Positions 28,277 through 36,880 of a stretch of DNA of 64,000 bases are shown here, piece after piece; within the stretch, counting starts at the first letter, position 1, and every line of letters begins with the position of its first letter. The DNA comes from Candidatus Omnitrophota bacterium (GTDB lineage Bacteria; Omnitrophota; Gorgyraeia; Zapsychrales; Fredricksoniimonadaceae): contig JADFXX010000005.1 of the NCBI GenBank assembly GCA_015233335.1, forward strand, positions 65,550-129,549, written 5' to 3'. Position numbers and translations under genes: made by a program. Under the pieces are notes generated by a model. The model worked only from the letters and a program-made list of their open reading frames with translations. It made no database searches and was not told the origin of the DNA.

Positions 28277-29105
28277 TTATCTGGTGAGTTGTATTATTAC
28301 GACAAAAAACAGGCCCCAATTCGTTATTCGTGCGGTTAAAAGCGTGATAGAGCAGTCCTATCGCAATCTTGAGATTATTTTGGTCGATGATTCAGATGAG
28401 CGGGGCACCTGCGATGATGTCTTGCGCTATGATAAAAAGATTAAATATGTTAAGAATGAAAAATCTTCCGGGGCCTGTTATTCCCGTAATCTCGGGATTT
28501 CTGAATCCAAGGGGGATTTTATTGCTTTTTTGGATGATGATGATTTTTGGATGCCTAGGAAAATAGAACTTCAGTTAAAAGAAGCTGTGAGGTATCCTTT
28601 AGTCGGCTGCAGTTACATTTCTTGCACGGAGAAAAGTATTGAGCGTGTCCTACAATTGGGTGTTATAAATTATGAAGACATGCTGTATTATAATTATCTT
28701 GGATCCTGTAGTTTTGTTCTAGCCCAAGCCGCTGCAATAAAAAAATGCCGTTTTGATGAAAATCGCCCGGCCGCGCAGGATTGGGATATGTGGCTTTCTA
28801 TTATGCAGAAAAATAGAATTCCCCAAGCGTATAATGTTAAGGAGTATCTTGTCAGTTATAACCAGGGCGTACATTCCAGGATTACTAACACTGCTAAACG
28901 TGATCGTGCTTTGTGGACATTGTATGAGAAGCATAATCAAGAATATACGCCGTTTCTTAAAAAAATGTTTGTGCTATACAATTTTACCAAATCCGATAAA
29001 TGGGGATTGAGAGGCTTGGAAAAGGCCCGTTTAAAGCATAAAGGCCTGTGTTTTATTATTTACGTTTTGTTTAAACGATTATTCGGTGAGATCGTGATGA
29101 TCTGA
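28266..29105 (+). CDS. Family 2 glycosyltransferase
   Basis: 279 aa; VSCIITTKNRPQFVIRAVKSVIEQSY...ILVDDSD and FLDDDDFW (DxD) motifs. Confidence 0.8.
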   Translation: MSPDYLVSCIITTKNRPQFVIRAVKSVIEQSYRNLEIILVDDSDERGTCDDVLRYDKKIKYVKNEKSSGACYSRNLGISESKGDFIAFLDDDDFWMPRKIELQLKEAVRYPLVGCSYISCTEKSIERVLQLGVINYEDMLYYNYLGSCSFVLAQAAAIKKCRFDENRPAAQDWDMWLSIMQKNRIPQAYNVKEYLVSYNQGVHSRITNTAKRDRALWTLYEKHNQEYTPFLKKMFVLYNFTKSDKWGLRGLEKARLKHKGLCFIIYVLFKRLFGEIVMI

Positions 29106-29117
29106 TCGGGGTTTAAA

Positions 29118-30257
29118 ATGTCATCAAGGCCTTTCAAAATTGCTTTGGTTTGTTCTACTCTCAATCAGCTCGGTGGGCCAGCGCTGCATATTCGTAATTT
29201 TTATCGGTATCTTAATGGTAGTGAATTTCAGCTAACGCTTATTTTTTGTTCTCAGAATGAAACAGCTTTGCGTGATTTTATGCGCGAGGGCGGTGTCAGA
29301 CCCGAAGATATGATTTTTATACCGCACGCGAGAAAACAGACGGTTTTGCCTTTCATTCTCACGTTGCGGGACATTTTTATTCGGGAAAGTTTTGATATTG
29401 TCCATGCCTTTGAGACGCAGACACAGGTTCTGGCAGGCTGGGCCGCTTATTGGGCCGGGGTCAAGAAATTCATTTGTCATTGCGAAGCGCAGTTTTTGCC
29501 GTCCACCATTTCATTCCCTAAGCGGTTCTTTTTTCGAACACTTAATTTTTTTCTTAAGAATTATTTTACCAAAACGGTTGCGGTATCAGCCGGTCTTAAG
29601 AAGGAACTGATTAAGAATGGCTTGCGACCACCCCAGAAGGTGCAGCTGATTCATCTGGGCATTGAGGTGACACAGAAACAGGGGGTCAGTCTTTCCTATC
29701 CGGGTTTAGCGGCAGGAATGCCGGTCATTGGGACTTTGTCACGGTTAAGTATCGAAAAAGGGCTGGATCGTTTTATAGAAACTATGCCGCGCATTTTAAA
29801 GACGATACCGGCAGCAAGATTTGTGATCTATGGGGACGGTGAGGAGAAGGAGTCTTTGAGGGCATCGGCTCAAAGGCTTGGGATGTCAGAAAAAATTGAA
29901 TTTAAACCATGGGCCAGGGATGTTGGACAAGCCATGCAGGAGCTTGAAGTTTTTGTCATGCCTTCACAGCGCGAAGGCTTGCCGATCGCACTTTTAGAAG
30001 CTATGTCGGTGGGGAGATTATGTGTGGCGTCAGATATTGAAGGGATACAGGATGTTATTTACAACGGTATTGACGGGATCCTGATCGACACAACCAACAT
30101 ACAATCTTTTGCGGATGCGGTTCTATCAGTGTGCAGCAATCCTGTAAAAGCAGTGGCGATGGGTCAAGCTGCGGCGGAAAAAGTGCGGTCATCTTTTAAT
30201 ATTGAACGTGAAATTCGTGAGATCAGGGGATTGTATATGCAAGAGATTTCCCATTGA
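29118..30257 (+). CDS. Family 4 (GT-B, group 1) glycosyltransferase
   Basis: 379 aa; C-terminal EGLPIALLEAMSVGRLCVASDIEG motif (E-x7-E type). Confidence 0.8.
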   Translation: MSSRPFKIALVCSTLNQLGGPALHIRNFYRYLNGSEFQLTLIFCSQNETALRDFMREGGVRPEDMIFIPHARKQTVLPFILTLRDIFIRESFDIVHAFETQTQVLAGWAAYWAGVKKFICHCEAQFLPSTISFPKRFFFRTLNFFLKNYFTKTVAVSAGLKKELIKNGLRPPQKVQLIHLGIEVTQKQGVSLSYPGLAAGMPVIGTLSRLSIEKGLDRFIETMPRILKTIPAARFVIYGDGEEKESLRASAQRLGMSEKIEFKPWARDVGQAMQELEVFVMPSQREGLPIALLEAMSVGRLCVASDIEGIQDVIYNGIDGILIDTTNIQSFADAVLSVCSNPVKAVAMGQAAAEKVRSSFNIEREIREIRGLYMQEISH

Positions 30258-30275
30258 TAAAAAGGAGAATAATCT

Positions 30276-31238
30276 ATGCCCCGTGTTTCTATTATTATCC
30301 CCCTTTATGATGAAGAGAATAATTTGCAGGAGCTTTATCAAAGGCTTAAGAAGGTATTAGACCCTTTAACGCTCGAGGATTATGAAATTATCCTGATCGA
30401 TGACGGAAGTTCGGATGGGACTTGGCCAATAATTCAAAAATTCTCGGAAACAGACCCAAAGGTCAAAGGGATAAAATTATCGCGGAATTTCGGTCATCAA
30501 AGCGCCTTGATCGCAGGCATGGATCATGCCGAGGGGGATGTTCTGATCACAATGGATGGAGATCTCCAGCATCCACCGGAGCTTATCCCGCAGTTTCTTG
30601 CTAAGTGGCAGGAGGGGTTTGATATCGTTTGTGCTCAGCGGGAGCGGACAGAAAATATAAGCTGGATAAAGAACTTTTTTTCAAAATTTTTCCTATTCGC
30701 TTTTAATAAGATTTCTTTTGTCCGTTTGAAAGAAGGGGTGGCAGACTTTCGGCTTATCAGCCGGGAGGTTGTCGGGGTTTTAAAAACCATGAAAGAGCGA
30801 TGCCGCTTTTTGCGGGGACTTGTCAGTTGGGTGGGCTTTAGGTCTGCCTATATTGTTTATACGGCACCGAAGCGTTTATCCGGAAAAGCCAAATATTCTT
30901 TGCGCAAATCTTTGTTTTTAGCTTTGACAGGGATTTTAAGTTTTTCGCCCCAGCCGCTTTATTGGGCAGGTTTTCTTGGGCTTGTGGTCACTTTTTTTAG
31001 TTTTATTTATATTATTTACGCGATTTATCTGAAACTTTTTACACATTCTAGCCTCTCCGGATGGGCTTCTATCTTGATTTCGGTACTTTTTCTTGGGGGA
31101 GTTCAGCTTATTACGATCGGTATTTTGGGAAGTTATCTTGCGATGGTTTTTGAAGAAGTAAAGGGTCGTCCCATCTATATAGTTCAGAAAATAACATATA
31201 AAAATTCCAAGAATTGGAAGGAAGAAGTTAATGGATAA
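30276..31238 (+). CDS. GT2 polyprenyl-phosphate glycosyltransferase (ArnC/GtrB/DPM1-like) with C-terminal TM helices
   Basis: 320 aa; VSIIIPLYDEENNL, YEIILIDDGSSDGT, TMDGDLQHPPE motifs and two C-terminal hydrophobic helices. Confidence 0.8.
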   Translation: MPRVSIIIPLYDEENNLQELYQRLKKVLDPLTLEDYEIILIDDGSSDGTWPIIQKFSETDPKVKGIKLSRNFGHQSALIAGMDHAEGDVLITMDGDLQHPPELIPQFLAKWQEGFDIVCAQRERTENISWIKNFFSKFFLFAFNKISFVRLKEGVADFRLISREVVGVLKTMKERCRFLRGLVSWVGFRSAYIVYTAPKRLSGKAKYSLRKSLFLALTGILSFSPQPLYWAGFLGLVVTFFSFIYIIYAIYLKLFTHSSLSGWASILISVLFLGGVQLITIGILGSYLAMVFEEVKGRPIYIVQKITYKNSKNWKEEVNG

Positions 31239-31926
31239 TAAGGAACTGGCCTATGACCGTATTAGCGATAACTGGGAAGAATTTATCTCTTCGTATGATA
31301 CCGATCGCAGGATAGAGGTTCTTGTTAATGATTTCTTGGGTGAAGGAGGGATTACCGGGAAAAAATGTCTCGATGCCGGCTGCGGACTTGGTTATTTTTC
31401 GAAAGCCCTTTTGGGATATAAACCGGCCGACCTATCGGCCAATGACATCTCTTCCCGTCTGGTTAAGAGATTATCAGAAAAGTTTCCCGCGGTGCATTGT
31501 TTTGTCGCTGACATTTTAGAATTACCCGCCTCTCTTTTAGGGAAGACCTTTGATGTCGTTGTCTGTTCCGATGTCATTGAGCATACGTCAGATCCGAAGT
31601 TGGCAATAAAAAAATTGGCCCAGGCCGTCTGTGGGGGTGGGCTATTATCCATTTCCGTTCCCAATCGCAGATGGCTTTGGTTGTTACGCTTAGCCCAAGT
31701 TTTAGGCCTTCGCAAGAACTATCAAGGTTGGGAAAACTGGGTGAGCCCCGGAGATTTCTTGACTTGGATCACGAAGGAGGGCTTTGAAATACTCCGCTGT
31801 GAGGGTATCCATACAGTGCCGTTTAAACTTTTTCCACAAAAACCACTTCGCTTCCTAGATCAAAAATTGAGAAATTTTAATTATCCGTATGCCTTAAATT
31901 TGGCGATATTAGCCAGAAAGAAGTAG
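31231..31926 (+). CDS. Class I SAM-dependent methyltransferase
   Basis: 231 aa; motif I CLDAGCGLGYFS, FDVVVCSDVIEH block. Confidence 0.75.
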   Translation: MDNKELAYDRISDNWEEFISSYDTDRRIEVLVNDFLGEGGITGKKCLDAGCGLGYFSKALLGYKPADLSANDISSRLVKRLSEKFPAVHCFVADILELPASLLGKTFDVVVCSDVIEHTSDPKLAIKKLAQAVCGGGLLSISVPNRRWLWLLRLAQVLGLRKNYQGWENWVSPGDFLTWITKEGFEILRCEGIHTVPFKLFPQKPLRFLDQKLRNFNYPYALNLAILARKK

Positions 31927-31940
31927 TTCCTGTTTGAAGC

Positions 31941-32810
31941 TTATCGCAACTCTTTAATGATCACATCAACCGGATGGATTTTGTTGAGGGCATAGAAGTG
32001 CAGGCCGGGAGCGCCTCCCTGGAGGAGTTCTTTACCTTGTTTTAGGCAAAATTCAATTCCTGCTGCCAATGTTTTTTGAGGATCATTGGCCAAAGGTCTG
32101 AAAATAGCGTGAACATGATCAGGTATGGAGGCCCCGCACATAGCACAAAACCGCACTAAGGCAGGGTAATCGCAAATAGGCAAAATACCCGGGATGATAC
32201 GGTTGGTGACTCCTAATTTTTTCAAGCGAGCCACATAATCAAAATAATCTTGATTATTGAAGAATAGCTGGGTGATGACATAGTCAGCGCCGCTTGCGAT
32301 TTTATTTTTTAAATACCTTGCGTCTAAATCCCGGTCGGGGCAAAGCATATGCCCTTCGGGAAATCCTGCAACTCCAATGCGGAAATAATTACCGAAATGC
32401 TCTCTGATAAAGGCGACCAATTCCGAGCTGTATTTGAAATTATTTTCTCCCGGTCTCCAGTCGGGAAAATCCTTAGGGCTGTCCCCGCGTAAGGCCAGTA
32501 CATGGCTGATGCCTCGGCGTTTCATATCGCCTAATATATTTTTGATCTCAGTTTTAGTGTGCAAAACGCAGGTTAGGTGCGCGACCGATGGTATATGGTG
32601 ATGGTTTTGAATATGTTCTACGATATCCAGGGTTTTTTCGCGACTGCCGCCACCGGCCCCGTAGGTGCAGGAGATGAAATCCGGGGAAAGTTCGCATAAG
32701 AGGGGAAGGGTGTTAAGAAGTTTTTCGTAACCTTCCTGGGTTTTTGGGGGGAAAAGTTCGAAAGAAAAGGTCGATTTTTTATTGGCGAAGATGTCTTTAT
32801 TTTCCGGCAT
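31941..32810 (-). CDS. metF: 5,10-methylenetetrahydrofolate reductase
   Basis: 289 aa; FSFELFPPKT N-terminal signature and overall MetF-like sequence (CTYGAGG, ALRGD). Confidence 0.85.
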   Translation of the reverse strand: MPENKDIFANKKSTFSFELFPPKTQEGYEKLLNTLPLLCELSPDFISCTYGAGGGSREKTLDIVEHIQNHHHIPSVAHLTCVLHTKTEIKNILGDMKRRGISHVLALRGDSPKDFPDWRPGENNFKYSSELVAFIREHFGNYFRIGVAGFPEGHMLCPDRDLDARYLKNKIASGADYVITQLFFNNQDYFDYVARLKKLGVTNRIIPGILPICDYPALVRFCAMCGASIPDHVHAIFRPLANDPQKTLAAGIEFCLKQGKELLQGGAPGLHFYALNKIHPVDVIIKELR

Positions 32811-32921
32811 GGGCGTTATTATATATCAATTTATTTTTTTAGGGCGTAAAATTTAAGGTAGACATGGTTTAAGAATTTTTAGCGTGACCGTACTCGAATA
32901 AAATGATATTCTCAAAGAACT

Positions 32922-34424
32922 ATGAACTTCATTAAAAAATTAGAAATACACTGTTTTGAAGACACGGGTTCCCAGGAGCTATTGGCCAAGATGGTTTTTA
33001 TTTTATTTTTATTGTTGGTGGTCGGTGGATTTTTATTTTATGCGCCTGGCTGGGGATTTATGGATGATTTATCATTTCACCGGATGGCGGAGGATCTTTG
33101 GTCAGGTAAGGTTACGTTGATTTCTCAGATTTCAGGTGAAATGCACGGACTTGGCAGGTTCCGTCCGGTTATGTTTTTATGGATCGGTTTAGTCTACTGG
33201 GTTCAATATCCTTTATTGATTTATTTGTTAGTATTTTTAACCGGTGCCTATGTGCTATTGCTGTGGGGCCAATTGATGAATCACATTTTTTTCAAATCCC
33301 ACTCGAATTCTTACGTTAAATGGGTGTTTCCGTTGGGCTTCTTTTTGTTCCCTGCTTTTTGGAACATCTTTATGTATATTTCCGTTCTGGAGAAGTTTAT
33401 TTTTATTTTTGGCACCCTTTCTTTGTATTCATTTTTTAAAAGTTATGAAAAACGATCGTCTAAACATCTTATCATCGCGCTGTTTCTAGCCGTGGTTACT
33501 CTCTTAGGGAAAGAAACAGGAGTAGTTTTTCTTATTTCTTATGCTGGTTTTGCTTTTTTGGACCTCGTTATATTCAAACGAAATAAGGGATTATCTTGGA
33601 CAATCCTTGTCACGTCTATAATGATCGGCTCGGCATATGCTGTTTTTATCAAGAGCATCTTAGTGGCTTATACGGCTCCTTATAAGGCGAATATGACCGC
33701 CAGTATTTTGTTAGGGCGGTTTTGCTCGCTATCAGGGGCCATCAAGTTAATATTGGCGATATCAGGAGCTTCCTTTTTGATTTTTATAGGAGACACATTG
33801 CGGGGACGCAAGTTATGTGATTCCATTTTTGTTGTTTTTCCTTTATGGATTTTGGTTTATGTATTATTGTTGTTACCTTGGGGATATCCGACATATCTTT
33901 TGGCTCCGCTGGGCCCGTTTGTGATGGTTTGTGTTTATTTCCTGGCGTTTAGGATAGCTGGTCAACAACTTTGGGCATTACGGGGGCTGGGTATCATTTT
34001 AATTACGGCTATTATGTTAATGCCAGGAATGGATATAATTCCTAAAATTTCTAAAATGGCGGACAAAAGGAAGGTGCTAGAGGCTGTCAAATATTTAAAT
34101 CAAAAGGAAGAAGGCCAGTTTTTTTATCCCCAACCTTATGTGGAGACGGCCAATAATATACGCGGGTTTTCTTTGGCCCGGGTAGTTTATGTAGATATGA
34201 TCAATGCTTCTTTGCTCGAAGATGGAGAAAAGAATTATTTGGTCATCAACGATGAGGCATCGCCCGTATTCCTAAATGGTGTTGATGTAAGTCAGAAGTT
34301 ATATCATAATGGGACTTGGGAGATATGGCTGTTGCATAAGGCCCCGGATGTGCACAAAAAATTTGGGCTTTTGTTGCCACAAAACATATTACAGAAAATT
34401 AAACACATCATCATGCATAGTTAA
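32922..34424 (+). CDS. Polytopic membrane protein, GT-C-like glycosyltransferase candidate
   Basis: 500 aa; ~11-12 hydrophobic segments, acidic pair in the first loop (GFMDDLSFH), short soluble C-terminal domain. Architectural call only. Confidence 0.45.
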   Translation: MNFIKKLEIHCFEDTGSQELLAKMVFILFLLLVVGGFLFYAPGWGFMDDLSFHRMAEDLWSGKVTLISQISGEMHGLGRFRPVMFLWIGLVYWVQYPLLIYLLVFLTGAYVLLLWGQLMNHIFFKSHSNSYVKWVFPLGFFLFPAFWNIFMYISVLEKFIFIFGTLSLYSFFKSYEKRSSKHLIIALFLAVVTLLGKETGVVFLISYAGFAFLDLVIFKRNKGLSWTILVTSIMIGSAYAVFIKSILVAYTAPYKANMTASILLGRFCSLSGAIKLILAISGASFLIFIGDTLRGRKLCDSIFVVFPLWILVYVLLLLPWGYPTYLLAPLGPFVMVCVYFLAFRIAGQQLWALRGLGIILITAIMLMPGMDIIPKISKMADKRKVLEAVKYLNQKEEGQFFYPQPYVETANNIRGFSLARVVYVDMINASLLEDGEKNYLVINDEASPVFLNGVDVSQKLYHNGTWEIWLLHKAPDVHKKFGLLLPQNILQKIKHIIMHS

Positions 34425-34472
34425 AATTTTACTAAAGAGATAACAAGGAGTAGCAGGAAAGAAAACCATTTT

Positions 34473-35873
34473 ATGACACAAGACCTTGCTCGTTACTATG
34501 ACTCTTTGGCCCTCAGGCGTGACGGTTGGCGCCATCGTAACTATTATTATTATTCTTTATTGGAGAAACAGTACCGTTATTTTATTCCCGAAGGGAAAAG
34601 AGTGTTGGAGATTGGCTGCGGCACGGGGGATTTGTTGGCCGCTTTAAAGCCGTCTTGGGGGGTTGGTGTTGACATAAGCGACGGGATGATAGAGCAGGCC
34701 AGGGGGAAATATCCGTCTTTACATTTCTATAAAGGGACCATTCAGGAGGTGGCGCTCACGGAAAAATTTGATTATATCGTTCTCTCAGGGCTATTGAGCG
34801 ACCTTGAGGATATTCAGACCTTCCTGGCGTCTTTAAAGAAATTTTGTACGCCGGATACAAGGATCATTATTGAGTATTACAGTTACCTTTGGCAATCCTT
34901 GTTAAAGGTCGCTGAGCACATAGGTTTCAAAATGCCCCAGCGCGAAGCCAATTGGCTCACTTTTAACGATATCAATAATTTTTTAAGATTAGCAGGTCTA
35001 GAGATCATCAAAAGTGAACGCACGACACTTTTACCTTTTAATATTTGGCCGATCAGTTATTTGGTCAATAGATACATCGCCAAACTTCCCGGGATTAACG
35101 GACTAACTTTGAACCATTTTATTATCGCCCGGGTGTTGTTTGAGCCGGCTTTAGACCATTCTGTAACGATCCTAGTCCCCTGTCGTAATGAGAGAGGGAA
35201 TATTGAGCAAGCGGTCAGCCGGACACCAGCGTTTGGCTCCCATCAGGAATTTATTTTTGTTGAAGGACATTCTCAAGACGGCACGTATCAGGAAGTTGAG
35301 CGAGTCATACAAGCGTATCCGCATAAAGACATTAAATTGTTTAAACAGGAGGGGCGTGGCAAGGGGGATGCGGTGCGCCTTGGTTTTGCCCGTGCTAAGG
35401 GTGAAGTGCTGATGATCCTTGATGCGGACCTGACCGTAGCCCCTGAAGAAATGCCTAAATTTTATGAGGCCCTGTGCAGCGGCAAGGGTGAATTCATCAA
35501 TGGGTGCCGTTTGGTTTATCCGATGGAAGATGAGGCGATGCGTTTTTTGAACAGGGTTGCCAATAAATTTTTTGGGTTATTTTTTTCATGGCTTCTGGGT
35601 CAGCGTTTTAAGGATACGCTGTGCGGGACTAAGGTGATGTTCAAATATCATTATGAGGAGCTTGCTGCTAACCGTCATTATTTCGGTGATTTCGATCCTT
35701 TTGGTGATTTCGATTTGATCTTCGGTGCGGTGAAACTCAATTTGAAGGTCATCGAGTTGCCTATCCGTTATAAAAGCCGTATTTATGGCACAACCCAAAT
35801 TCAGCGTTTTCGTCACGGTCTTCTCTTGCTTCAGATGTGTTGGTTTGCTATGAAGAAGATTAAATTCATTTAA
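34473..35873 (+). CDS. Fusion protein: class I SAM methyltransferase (N) + family 2 glycosyltransferase (C)
   Basis: 466 aa; VLEIGCGTGDLLAAL motif I in the first half; VTILVPCRNERGNIEQAV and MILDADLTV (DxD) in the second half. Confidence 0.75.
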   Translation: MTQDLARYYDSLALRRDGWRHRNYYYYSLLEKQYRYFIPEGKRVLEIGCGTGDLLAALKPSWGVGVDISDGMIEQARGKYPSLHFYKGTIQEVALTEKFDYIVLSGLLSDLEDIQTFLASLKKFCTPDTRIIIEYYSYLWQSLLKVAEHIGFKMPQREANWLTFNDINNFLRLAGLEIIKSERTTLLPFNIWPISYLVNRYIAKLPGINGLTLNHFIIARVLFEPALDHSVTILVPCRNERGNIEQAVSRTPAFGSHQEFIFVEGHSQDGTYQEVERVIQAYPHKDIKLFKQEGRGKGDAVRLGFARAKGEVLMILDADLTVAPEEMPKFYEALCSGKGEFINGCRLVYPMEDEAMRFLNRVANKFFGLFFSWLLGQRFKDTLCGTKVMFKYHYEELAANRHYFGDFDPFGDFDLIFGAVKLNLKVIELPIRYKSRIYGTTQIQRFRHGLLLLQMCWFAMKKIKFI

Positions 35874-35887
35874 ATCTGGGGGTAGGC

Positions 35888-36880
35888 ATGACGCGTAAGG
35901 TACCCAAAAAAAGCTTAATCACCGGGATCACCGGTCAGGACGGTGCGTACCTTGCTCAATTTTTATTAGATAAGGGTTACGAGGTAAGTGGCGTTTTATC
36001 GGACGGGCATCAGCATTCTTTGCATAGACTGAAGATCTTAGGGATTGCGGATCGTGTTCAACTGCTCTCATGCCGTTTGACAGATATCGATTGTGTTGGG
36101 AAGCTTTTATCGGAAGTTCAGCCAAACGAGATATATAATCTGGCGGCGATCAGTTCTGTCGGGATCTCTTTTGAAAAGCCGGACCAAACGATGCAGTATA
36201 ATTGTTTATCCGTTGTCGCCCTTTTGGAGGCTGTTCGTCGTCTGGGGATCAAGACTCGAGTATACCAAGCTTCTTCAAGCGAGATGTTTGGTAATGCGTT
36301 GTGTTTGCCGGTTACTGAAGATTCTATTTTAAATCCGATCAGTCCATATGCCATCTCCAAGGTTGCGGGACATTTACTAGTAAAGAATTATCGTTTAGCC
36401 TATAAGATCTTTTGTTGTTCGGGGATCCTGTTTAATCATGAGTCGGTCTTAAGGCCGGACAATTTTGTGACGAAGAAAATTGTATCTACCGCTGTCAGAA
36501 TTTCTAAAGGGAGCCGTGAAAAACTAAAACTTGGGAATATCACGATCAAAAGGGATTGGGGATACGCTCCGCAATACGTCAGGGGAATGTGGTTGATGCT
36601 TCAGCAGGCCTTGCCCAATGATTATGTGATTGCTTCCGGCCAGACGCATAGCCTTCAGGAATTTGTGGAGCTTGCTTTTATAAATTTGGATCTACGATGG
36701 GAAGAGCACGTCGATATCGATCGGGGTCTCTTTAGGCCGTCTGATATTACCGTGACACTTGGAGATTCGAGCAGGGCCCGGAAAGAAATAGGATGGGAAT
36801 ATGATATGTCTTTTTCTGATCTGGTGAAGATCTTGGTCAAAGATGAAGTCGAATATCAAACAACCCAGATATTGTCATGA
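35888..36880 (+). CDS. GDP-mannose 4,6-dehydratase-like extended SDR (divergent paralogue)
   Basis: 330 aa; [38 protein letters not shown] (YxxxK), GILFNHES blocks. It lacks the RRSSSFNT and [12 protein letters not shown] segments of the canonical copy at 41715. Confidence 0.7.
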   Translation: MTRKVPKKSLITGITGQDGAYLAQFLLDKGYEVSGVLSDGHQHSLHRLKILGIADRVQLLSCRLTDIDCVGKLLSEVQPNEIYNLAAISSVGISFEKPDQTMQYNCLSVVALLEAVRRLGIKTRVYQASSSEMFGNALCLPVTEDSILNPISPYAISKVAGHLLVKNYRLAYKIFCCSGILFNHESVLRPDNFVTKKIVSTAVRISKGSREKLKLGNITIKRDWGYAPQYVRGMWLMLQQALPNDYVIASGQTHSLQEFVELAFINLDLRWEEHVDIDRGLFRPSDITVTLGDSSRARKEIGWEYDMSFSDLVKILVKDEVEYQTTQILS

